A DNA stretch of 43,593 nt, from assembly GCA_000934665.2 (NCBI GenBank), contig KZ537995.1, forward strand, positions 124,001-167,593, written 5' to 3'. Under the pieces are notes generated by a model. That model did not search any database. It saw nothing but the letters and a program-made list of their open reading frames with translations, and was not told the origin of the DNA. Below are positions 1 to 10,562 of this stretch, one piece after another. Source of the stretch: Catajapyx aquilonaris. Taxonomy: Eukaryota. How positions within the stretch are numbered: the stretch's first letter is position 1; each line of letters begins with the position of its first letter. The position numbers and the translations under genes are program-made.

Positions 1-112
1 TGAAAGTTCTTCATTGGAGAGAAAATAGTCGAAAGTGAGCAGTAAAAAGCGAAGTGAAGATTTCCACATGTGAAAGGGTCATAACTTTAATTCGCTTTTC
101 TCCTCCTGTCAG

Positions 113-1659
113 TCGTGACTTGATGCAGCGGTGGGTGTATCCAGTGGTACCGGATGGAAGCTATTCCCACCATCCTGGAAATATTTACAAAGGGGACGTC
201 CGATTGGCCAGGTTTGTTGTTTCATGCCTTATTGTTGGATTTTGAATCATAACCATATTGCTTGTAATAAACATTAATATTACGATTTATGTCCACCTTT
301 CATACTATCGTGTTACATTATTTTTATAGCCTCTCTTGCTCGTATAAGCCAAAGTTACCTCAGTAGAATTATGTTATGCCGGACATGAACAGTAGTATTA
401 AATGACAATGTTTTCCAGAGGATGTGTACTGGAGGAGGATGTTTTGATTGGCAGTGGGACATCCATTGGGAAGGATAGCACAATTAAGCATGCCTCAGTT
501 GGGCGCAACTGTACTATTGGATGTGGAGTTCACATCAGCGATTCGCACTTGATGGATGGCTGCATCATTGGGGATGGGTGTCAGATCCGATCCTCTTTGC
601 TGGCAGAAGGGGTATGCTTGGGGAAAGAGGTTAATCTGAAGTCAAATTGCGTGCTGGGCGAGAAAGTGAAGATTAAATCTGGCTGGTCAGGCGAAGGACA
701 GCGGATGATTGCAAGTGATGGTGGATGGGCTCTGTACGAAAGCAAGGATGGGTCTGATTCCGAAGAAGAGTCAGATGGAGATCTGATTGATGCTGGTGTT
801 GAGTCAGACAGCACTGCTAGCCACAGTGACAGGGAGGACACTTCACTTGAGGACCTTTCACTCAGGGGATCCCCAGCAATGGTGGATGACTCAAAAAGTA
901 ATGGTTGCCAACTGAGTTAACATTACAAGATTTATTTGTTTCAGCATGTTACATCATTTTAACTTAACCTGTTGCAGTATTCAAGAGTGAAGTGGAGGAC
1001 AGCCTCACACGTGGTCTTGAAGAGCGTGTGAATTGTGAAAACCTAATTCTCGAGATCAACTCCTCCAAGTATGCCTACAATGTCTCCATGGCAGAGGTCA
1101 ACTCCATCGTCACCAAGGCTGCACTGCAGGTGTCACACAACAAGTCAGCTGCTACAACCACTCCTCAGCTGATATCCGCCATGATTGGGAAAGAAGGGGG
1201 ACTTACCTACTTCCTGCCACTCTTCAGGAACTACATCAAGAGTGCAGATTCACAGGGTCACTGCCTGGCAGCCATTGAGGTTAGGGTCACTTCATACGTA
1301 CGTCTCACTTGGGCTAATTAAATTTATTTCATGATACAAGCCTATGCAAACATTATTTTCCTTGCTTTCTGTGAGATGTCAAAATGAAGAAGCTGGTGTA
1401 GTCATTAATAATAATAATGGTTATTTTCCAACAGGAATGGTGTGCATCTGATGTGACCAGCAATGCCACTTTGCCCACCAAGATATTCCACTTTTTTTAC
1501 CAGCACGACATTCTCTCAGAAGACAGCGTTCTCCAGTGGTATCAGTCCCCTCCTGACAACCCGGATGTGGGGAACACTGTCAGGAAGCAGGTGGAGCCAT
1601 TCGTCAAGTGGTTGCAGGAAGCAGAAGAAGAAGAGGATGATTCAGATGATTCAGACTGA
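113..1659 (+). CDS. EIF2B5: Translation initiation factor eIF2B epsilon subunit, 5'-truncated by the window edge (last 4 exons)
   Basis: Exons 113-211, 419-897, 978-1279 and 1435-1659 have GT-AG boundaries and compatible phases. The translation contains RWVYP..NIYKG, hexapeptide left-handed beta-helix repeats (VLIGSGTSIG, VGRNCTIG), an acidic linker, the catalytic ENLILEINSSKYAYN motif and the W2-domain end FVKWLQEAEEE. ATTAAA at 1723-1728. Confidence 0.95.
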
Positions 1660-1870
1660 TCCAGTTGTTCTCTGGCAGTCTCACACTTGGTACAGTATTG
1701 TACTTCAGCCTTGGGAATGACTATTAAAAGGGGCTTATTGCATTGATAAAGAGAGTTTTATGCAAGGACTAGGTTGTAGTGATTCTTAAAAAGTGATTTA
1801 AAAAGTACTCTACTGTCACAGTGCTGAAATAGTGTGAGAATTGGAAATTATTGATTAATTTTTGATAATG

Positions 1871-2011
1871 AAGGTGGGGTTTACATGTGCGAAATCTTTT
1901 CCGAGGCTGAAATTAACAATCGATTTTTGCCTCAAACAATATTGGTTACTTGTGTTACTCACCCTCTGTGAAGATTTCGCTCGTCAAATCGCTAACATGT
2001 AAACGCACCTT
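1871..2011. mobile_element. Small MITE (~140 bp), possibly PIF/Harbinger-like
   Basis: Imperfect terminal inverted repeats AAGGTGGGGTTTACATGT ... ACATGTAAACGCACCTT. A homologous inverted partial copy lies at 6829-6897. TSD not clean, so the superfamily is tentative. Confidence 0.6.
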
Positions 2012-3856
2012 AAGGCAAAACTTAGCAAAGTATTCAAGAGTTCGTTTGGTTAAGGATGACTGCAATCAAGTGCTATGAGAACCTGTTTGCTTAACTTTCA
2101 GTTTGACAAACTTCTGCGTCAATTTGTACATTTTTAGATGCCTGACCAGTTGAGAATCACCCAACAAAATGTGTTAAAATGGCAGTTCATATTATTTTGG
2201 GGTTGGATACATTATTGGCTACCTGCCTCAAATCTTTGAAAAGTTTATTGGGCCTGCAGGAACTACATTTTAAATTAAATAAACACTAACACAGTAGCGT
2301 TATAAATTTCTCATCATGTAAAATCCAATTTGGTGAAATTCTGAATGAAATTTCAGACGTTAATTTTTATTTGCTCATGAAAACTGTGTGTATAAGCACC
2401 TGCAGCTTTGCTTTAGAAAGATTGAACAAGGGTTGATGCCAATAGTCTGGAAACTATTCACATCTGAGTGACGTAGGCAAAGAGTGTGGCTTTGACCTTT
2501 CCAAAGTGGTGTGATCCACTGTTGCTGCTCACTTAGAAAAGCAATCACAATTGAGGCGCTCAGAGGAAGAATGGCATATCCCAACCGACCTCCAATTTTG
2601 AGTTTGTAGTGCTGTTGTACCTGTGTTGTACTCTCCTTCCATGTCCCTTTCATGTGCTGAAGTACCAAATGAATTGGGACATATCAAAGCTCACATATTC
2701 CACTTGTAAAATTTGTCCGTAGCTTTAGCTGCATGGTAAAGCGAAACACAAAAAGCCACTTTTCTCAAAACGAACTGTGGTTGGGATATGCCGTTCTTCC
2801 TCTGTGCGCCTCAATGGAGAACTAGCCTTGGTCTGGGATTTGGGATTTTGGTCATAACTAGCTAGCCCATGCCTGTAAACATACATTCCATCACTCTGTT
2901 GCATCAAAATGACATTACTGGATAAATTACGGCATATTTAAAAGTGCCTTCAAAATTGGCGGGAAAAACGGGGCAGCGGAGTGGTGCCAATGGAAGTGTA
3001 CACTACAATGCCTGGTTTACTGCGAGGGATGAGGAATTTGACTTAATTAACCGCGGACACGACAACAAATTATTTTACAACCATGTGGGGGCGCGTTCAT
3101 GACATCATTTTTGTCTTCATTTCACTTCACGTGACGTCACCATTTCCCTTCGAAAAAACCCTAATTACTCCGGAACTGAAACTGATTTCTTAAAACGGAA
3201 TATGCCAAAAAAATCCAAAAAATATGGTCGAATTTATTATGTAGTTTCCAAAATGAAGGCTAGTTCCCCATTACATGATGTGAATCATTTTGCTTTGAGA
3301 TTATTGGCAGGGGATTCCCCTGTAGCAGCATGATAGCATTTTAGTTGAGCTCAAATTAATCAATTTTTATTTCTGAGCAAAAACATGCTGGACAGGTCAT
3401 TCACGTTCTCAACACATTACGTGGTTTATTGAAGGTTTTTAAATATTTCATTTTTGCGATACTAGTACTCCAAGTTAGTTACTTTTTAACATAACAGTAA
3501 TCAGCCCTGGTCATAAGGTATGAGTGCCAACTTTCTTCCCCGAGTTTTATGAGTTTCTCATCTCATTCACTTGCACATATCAATCATGAAAAAAATTTTG
3601 CTTGACAAACATAGAACAGTCAATGTTCCCTGTCAGAGGATAAACGTGCAAAAATATTTTGGGACACAATGGTGGGGAACATGGAACAGCAGAATTTTTT
3701 TGGCAGACTCAATTCGGCTATTGTTACTGTAATGATATTTTAAGCCGACAGTATATTGAAATTCAGAAAGATGACGTTGTCATTCATATTTACTATTGTG
3801 ACAAAAATAATGGGGATCTTGGACAAAGTGGAGTCAGTGCTAATTGGGCTGCTGAG

Positions 3857-6183
3857 CTAATTTATCTTACTGCATTGTAGAACTTGTTTGATCCGATGCA
3901 AACCTGAAGAAGATCAAAGTGTTCTCATAATTAACATTGTAAATAATAATTCAGGTACCATGAAACAAACAAACAACTAGACATATGGGCAGATCTTACC
4001 TTCTGCTACTTGTTCTTTGTCGTTACTGAAAATGATCCTGAACCACCCTGCTTCTGCCATCATCAGTTCAGTTGTAGGCACTACAAACACATTGTTTTGG
4101 TAGAATTTCTTGAACAGTTCTGGAGCAATTGAATAATTGTTAGAACTTCCACAGGTTTCAAGAAAGCAATTTCCATATATTCTGGCCAAAAATATCTGAA
4201 TAAGAAGTTGTATGATTCATACATACGACTAGTTTTCCAGATATTTTTGGTAAGGAGTCGGCCTACCTAATTCTCCATTTTTATCAAGGGGATGTACGTA
4301 ACGTCTGAAATCAGCCATCAGAAAAATTCCAGCCTTTCCTTGCCTGACTGGCACACCCATAGACTCGAGACCTTCTTTTGCCACAGCAAGTGATTCATTC
4401 AGCCTTTTGTGATATGTTGGCAAGTAAATATTATTGATCCATTCTGTAAGAGTGCAAACAAGCTTGTATAACTTGATAAGCATTATAACATGTACAAAGC
4501 AGCAGTCATGGCGAAACTGTTAATACCTGAGTCGTTCAGTATCTTTGCAGTCATTTCTTGCACGCATAAGGGCACAAGTTCATAGAAAGTAAGTAGCTTC
4601 AGTGCAGCAAGGACATCTGGATTTTGTGTATGTATAACTGCCACCCGAAGTGAAGCCATTCCAAAATCTTTGCTCAATCCATACAATACATGTGTCCTCA
4701 TTGGGTCAGGGACTTGCGGGAAACTCAAGATGCTGTGGAACTCTGTTGGGTCACCAAACACAGACAGAGCGTATATCTCATCGCATATGAAGTGCATATT
4801 GTGCCTGTCGGAATATTAGGAAGTTAGGAAAATGCATGTACGTCATTTTGCGAGTTTCATACCGTTTGCAAACATTCATCAGCTCCATCAATGTTTCTGG
4901 CGAGTAGAGGTCTCCCAGGGGATTGCTTGGGTTAGTCAACACAAATCCTTTCACATTTTTGCCGAGGGACAGCTGCTTTTGGATGCAGTTCTCAAGCATT
5001 TGCCCACTTGGTTGGAACGACTCCTGCAGCAGCCATTTTTTAAAGATGTACCATATGTTGAAGAGTTTAGCTCATATCTGTATTAGTGATGACGTTATGG
5101 AATTTATGCAACTCCCCTCTCTCCCTCAGGACACCAACCTACGTAACTGATATGCAAGTTTGACATTTTTACTAATATGGATGTGAGCTAAAATTCGAAA
5201 CACATGGCATTTTGATGACATCGTTACTTGTAAATAATCATTGCTTACTTTTTCCATCAGCGGAAGTGCAACCACTTCAACGCTAGCCCTTTCATTGCAG
5301 TCATTGAAAATTCGAGTGTACGCGGGTGTGGGTGTTATGAAAACGTCTCCTTCATCTGCCATTGAAAAAGCACAGGCATCCAGACATCCTGTAACTCCGT
5401 TACACACTATCAGCTGCAAAAAAAAAACAAAAAAACAGTTTATTTTAATCCCTTATTTAATGTGAATAATCACAAAATAATCATGATAATTTTATTTATT
5501 CCCCAGTAATCACAAAATAATCTTGACTTACATGGTTAGGATTAACTGGATGGCTAGCACGGAAGTTTTCAGTCAGGAAATTAGCCATTGCATTACATAG
5601 ATTCGGAGTTCCCCAGTATGAGTCGTAGAATTGCATGGATTCATCGAAGTGAAATATGTCTTTTTTGTTTAATCGTTGGACCACCAAGTCGGAACAGAGA
5701 GCGTTAACTGATGTGCCCATGTTGACCATACCCTGTAGTAAAGAATCACAAAGTAAGCGTTGAGACTAAGTTGGTTGAGACTAAAAGGATAGCAAACGAT
5801 ACGATCACACCTGCCATTAAGAAAATAAAGATGTGCATAATTATGATGTATAACATTTGAAAGAAATGTAATGAAGACAAAAGTTCTCAGCTGATGGAAT
5901 CATAATAACATGCTGAGATAATGTAGTACTTGTATGAAGAGTTGCAAGAGATTTTTTTTGTATGTCATGCATTAACATTTTGATAACTTGATGACTTCAT
6001 CTGCTTCAGTAAAAAAATATACGAGATAATTAACAATACCTTTGGGTTTGTGATCTTGTTGTAGGGATCCTTCATTGCATCCACCATATGGTAGAGCAAA
6101 AATTCTGACCTCTGGCCAACTTCGATGCATCGCCTGGAGGCAATGGAATCACTCTCGGCATCTACATTCCCATTTCTTATCAT
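3857..6183 (-). CDS. ACCS: 1-aminocyclopropane-1-carboxylate synthase-like protein (class I/II PLP aminotransferase fold), ~430 aa
   Basis: Minus-strand exons 6183-6040, 5732-5532, 5413-5249, 5023-4863, 4804-4527, 4443-4267, 4119-4000 and 3903-3857 are all GT-AG, total 1293 nt and stay in frame. Motifs: DPYNKITNPKGMVNMGTS, TNPSNPLG, CDEIY, PLP-lysine YGLSKDFGMASLRV and GWFRIIFS. Confidence 0.92.
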
Positions 6184-6828
6184 TGTTGCAGCTCACCTTT
6201 GATACTAGGCATTTCATTTGCTGTGCTCCCCTTCTTATATGGGGTCACTTCCAAGTCATTCAAGGTGAGTGAATCCGATTTCATGCAAGGAGCTTATCAC
6301 CATATGGTATTGATCCTTGCATTACAACTAATGTGTCCTGCAGGTCTGTGTCACCTCCCTTTACAGGCTTTGCGGCCTGCTCCAGGTGGTATATACATTA
6401 GTCTTAACAAATATTAAGGTGTTATGATTGCATGGCCATGTGGTTGCAAAGCATGTGCCCACATATTTGGTGATGCAACTGACAAGCAAGCTGCTATACA
6501 TATCCTCACCAGATCAAGAATAGCCTGACTTTATATTACGCATGCAGATTATTGATTCGGATTATCCTTCACTCATGGTATGCTATGTCTGTGAGGAGCC
6601 TGGCCAATTCCTGTTGGATATTTTGTACCAGATTTCTAGATTCTGACGTTCTTCATCTGACGTGTGTGATATGATTGTGATATTGCTTGTCTAGTTCTGC
6701 ATTTTTCCAGATTGAAATCTTATTAGTATTTACTCTCTTTGTACAACACCATAATATTCTAGATCGATGGAACGAAAGGTTTATTTCAAAACTGACATGC
6801 TTATTATTCTGTATCCATAATTTTGCTT

Positions 6829-6897
6829 TAAGCCGCGTTTACATGTGAGCGATTTGACAAGCGAAGTCTTCACCGAGCGAAGTAACCAATATTGTTG
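6829..6897. mobile_element. Partial inverted copy of the 1871-2011 MITE
   Basis: GCGTTTACATGTGAGCGATTTGACAAGCGAAGTCTTCAC...AAGTAACCAATATTGTT aligns to the reverse complement of ~1935-2010 with a short deletion. Confidence 0.65.
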
Positions 6898-6924
6898 CTG
6901 ATAACAGGCCTCATTTTAGGCATT

Positions 6925-6968
<44 letters not shown>
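6925..6968. repeat. (ATG)14 microsatellite
   Basis: Perfect ATG run, directly visible. Confidence 0.95.
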
Positions 6969-6969
<1 letters not shown>

Positions 6970-7004
6970 AATATTATTATATTTATGATTGACATAGTCC
7001 GAAT

Positions 7005-7290
7005 TGTGGGCGTGTCCGATTTTTTGGCGGGAAAAGTGGAGTCGCTGATTGGCTGTAACACTGAGCGTTCTTTTTATCCATAAATTTTTATGGCAATTTT
7101 ATTATTAAAAATCACTCCCTCATTTGTGCTTCCGATCAATCCAATCGATTACAGATTAACTTGCTTCCGGTCATGTTTTTATTGATTTGATTCGCCCCGC
7201 CCATTTGCGTTGGTACAGCCAATCAGGGGGAGGCATTCCAAATCGAACGTTCTGGAGAAAGAGCTCCATTTCCGGTCCGCCATTTTCGAT
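7005..7290. promoter_or_regulatory. Putative CpG-rich promoter, probably bidirectional, between the ACCS-like gene (-) and the coiled-coil gene (+)
   Basis: E2F site TTTTGGCGGGAAAA 7022-7035; CCAAT boxes at 7048 (ATTGG), 7141 and 7219; GC box CCCCGCCC 7195-7202; ETS-like TTCCGG; YY1-like CCGCCATTTT 7277-7286. A strong donor CAG|GTAAGG at 7387/7388 could splice to the acceptor at 9731, just before the coiled-coil ATG. Confidence 0.65.
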
Positions 7291-8025
7291 GAGTTGGTTA
7301 GGTTCGGTCAGGTTCTGTCTTTGTATCTCCCCAAATCTGGTGCCCTCCTCGTCCATCCTCGTCCGTCGCAGGCTGCAGGGGAGGCAGGTAAGGAAGCTAG
7401 GGAAGCTGATGTGGACAGGCATCTTCAGGGTTTGAAACTCTGGCCCACGGGGGGGATTATTGTTGGGAAAGGAAACTGTTCGAATCGGGGGAATATGGAT
7501 CGAAGCTGATTGATGCAGAAAAATTGATGATGTTTGAGGCAAATGAATGTTAGTTGTTGATATGAAAAAGATGTCATAATCGAAGTGACAAATGTACAGT
7601 ACCAGTCGTGTCGAATTATCTGGGAATTTGGCCCACTTTATAAGTACGGGTACCACAGGTCATTGACCCGACTCGTCCGAATAGGTAAATGCTCGAATGG
7701 AACGCCATCAGCGAACTCATTATTGTGTACAGCACATAACATGTTTTGCATTTATGACATCCTACGTACTTTGCCATATGGTAATGTCCTGCAGTAGAAT
7801 CTTTGGATTGCTTATTATTTAAGTTGGACCATAACATTAGCAGCTCATATTTCCACAACTGGTAATAATAAAGGTAATAATCAGAAAATTAACCACTTAA
7901 TAATAAGCTGATTAGTTCCAAAAACCGCTAACAGCACTATGGACACTTAGAACACTCCACTTAGAAGTCGCAGGTGTTCCAATATTGAAATATGGAGTGT
8001 TCAGCAGTTTATTTTTGGCTTAATT

Positions 8026-8270
8026 GAAGACCTCGGGAGAAGAACGATCAAGATCCACTTTTTGTCAAAAATGAGTTACATATCTCAGAAGATACTTTCA
8101 CTAGCGTAGAATAATTATGACGGTTCGGTTGTCGTTGTGGAGTAATGTGATCATAGGTCACTATGTGGAAGGCCCCGAAAGTGGTTTACAATGGAACCTT
8201 ACGGGCCTTCGATTGGAATGTCTCAGTTTCACCTGAGGTGGTCCTTGATCGTTCTTCCCCCGAGGTCTTC
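8026..8270. mobile_element. MITE with ~33-bp terminal inverted repeats
   Basis: Left GAAGACCTCGGGAGAAGAACGATCAAGATCCAC; right GTGGTCCTTGATCGTTCTTCCCCCGAGGTCTTC followed by TTAA. TSD ambiguous. Confidence 0.7.
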
Positions 8271-8889
8271 TTAAATTATAAATAGGCCTACTTATTTTTA
8301 CTTAGTGACTTTTAGTGGTTAAGAATATTAGCAGTTAATGTAACTGCTAGAAGTAAACCTCCCAAAGTAATTATAAGTGGCTTAGTTCCAAAATGACATA
8401 ACCACTATATGGACATTCAATCAGAATTCAGTGTATGCAGGGTGTTCCAATTGAAATGTGTAGCAGTAGTTTTGCGTAATTATGAAGTTATTTTTTGGAT
8501 AGTCACTTTCAGAGATTATGAGTTGTCTGGTAATTTGGCCCAGTTTAAATACTGGTACTGTAGCTATAAGGTCATTGACCCAAGTTTCATCCAAAGTATC
8601 TCGAATATATTGAATAACTTACCTGTGGTGCATGCATGCAGCACATAACTTTTTCTTTTAAACTTTCCATAACATTATTGATGAAAATTTGTTACTCTAG
8701 AATAAGTTTGGCTGAACATCACTCTTGATAATAACCATTCCTGTAAGTCAGAATAACAATGGCAAACACAAAGGACATGTCAGTTGGAGCTAGAAACAAT
8801 TACTGCTGCATCTAATGTATGTGAGTGAATTCCCCTGCCAACTCTGTAATTGCACAGTGCAACTAGTGTAGTCTAGATAAGTAATAGCG

Positions 8890-9145
8890 GGAAGGTACAA
8901 TGACCGAGATGGTAACGTCTCTGCTTGCTGAGTGAAAGGTCCCAGGTTTGATCCCCGCATGGGAGCTCCCTTTTGCCTGCATCAGGAGGGTCTCTCACCT
9001 GCGCCTTGGAGGTGTCTGGCAACCTAACCTCCTGGGTAACAGCACATGAGCCATTTAACAGCATTGCACTTGCACCCACGTTCCCTCCCCAAAAATCCCT
9101 ATCCTTACCCAATGTTCTTGATTCCTTGCACCGGAGTTTGAAGTG
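8890..9145 (+). mobile_element. Degenerate tRNA-derived SINE
   Basis: A-box-like TGACCGAGATGG 8901-8912 and B-box-like GGTTTGATCC 8945-8954 at pol III spacing, followed by a non-tRNA body. Ends are uncertain. Confidence 0.55.
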
Positions 9146-9742
9146 AAAACAGAAAAATTATATAAGAAAAATGGTGGCGTCCCACCCCCCTAAGAGAGCC
9201 ACTGGCTCTATCATGGGGTAAATATATTTAAAAATAAAAATAAATATAAGGAATAGCAGCATATTTAGAATTCTTCAGAGCGTACATTAATTTTGTTGCA
9301 AGCATGGTAATCTTTCTGGTCAAAAAGCATCTGTAAAGAAATAACATTTTTTGACAAACGTCATTGCAATGAGGAAAAAGTCACTTCTCTCTGGAGATGA
9401 TGCCTGCAAAATGTAAGAAAATAATGGATGCTCTAAAAATGTCAGATCTGTACTCTACCAGAGATGACTGAATCATTGAACGGAAGCAAGAGGTGGCTCT
9501 AAGTGCGAAAAGGACATATTCTTTGATGGAAGTCAACATTTTCAATCAATTTAGGTTGCATTAAAAAAATTTCATCTTGAACTGATCTGTATGCCATTCA
9601 AACTCATTTTTTTTCTTTTGAGAATATTAATAAAAACCCTATTTGCATTAGAAAAATTTCTTTTGTTGCTTCTCATCCCCTCACTTTTAACTGTCATGTC
9701 CACATTATTCTAATTCTGTCTTAATATGTAGCTTGTGCAATC

Positions 9743-10531
9743 ATGAGCTACAATCCTGAGTTCAAACTGCCACAGCGGCCAGGAGATTATGCCCGCAGGA
9801 GCAGCAGGACATTCCCGTCTCGTAACCCACAGAGCAGCAGTTCTGCAGGTACGGAAGGCATGGTTACTTGGTACCATTTCCTAGTGGCTATAACATCACA
9901 GAGTATCAATTGTTACCTTTTGTTCTTGAAGGTCCCAGTGGGCATCGATTTTCCGATCCATATCAATCTGCCTTTGGAAGCAGAGACCAAAGTCATCAAC
10001 ATTCCTCTGCAGGTGAGCCAGAATTTTGGTGTCAATAAAGTGTATGATAAATGTCCCAGATAGATCATATGGTATTGTTCCTACCAGTAGTGCAGTGATG
10101 TGAGTGAAAAAAATGCATTATGTTACCGAAGCAGTAGTGGTGTAGTGGATATGGTGTCCGACTGCTAATCGGGAGGTCCTGGGTTCGAGTCCCGGAGGCC
10201 GGCGGTCCTGACCTTGGTTTTATGTGGTTTTCCAAGGTCACTCCAGGGAAATCCCGGGATCGTACAGTTATATAGGCCACAGCCGCTTCCTTCCTTTCCC
10301 TGGAGGAGGCGCGGTGTCGGTGGGGGGCTTCCGGCTGCGCCTAGTGGGGTGTCTAAGCTTGGCCCCCTGAGGGACTACACACGGCCCCCACCACAGGACA
10401 ATGCACTGCACCTTTGTTCCTCCCTCCCTATCCCTTCCCTGTCCCTGCACCGGTGAGATTGAAAAAGTTAGAAAAATGGAGGAGATCTCCTCCCCCTGCA
10501 TTGACCAATTGGTCTCAAGGGGGATCCCAAA

Positions 10532-10562
<31 letters not shown>

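Noticed and set aside
2690..3325. Possible DNA-transposon relic with an E2F-like site and TGACGTCA
   Set aside because: CpG-rich and TE-like, but I could not identify paired termini or a TSD.
3857..6183. Horizontal transfer of a plant ethylene-synthesis gene
   Set aside because: ACCS-like genes are native to animals; this one has seven ordinary introns and animal-type GTS and YGLSKDFG motifs, and no ACC oxidase is nearby.
6870..7083. Poly-Met / poly-Ile ORFs
   Set aside because: Translations of the (ATG)n microsatellite.
7171..7656. 161-aa minus-strand ORF
   Set aside because: Overlaps the GC-rich promoter and first-exon region; no recognisable domain or splice support.
10131..10203. Possible tRNA-Ser(GCT) gene
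   Set aside because: No pairing acceptor stem or long Ser variable arm; it continues into a SINE body with tail and TSD.
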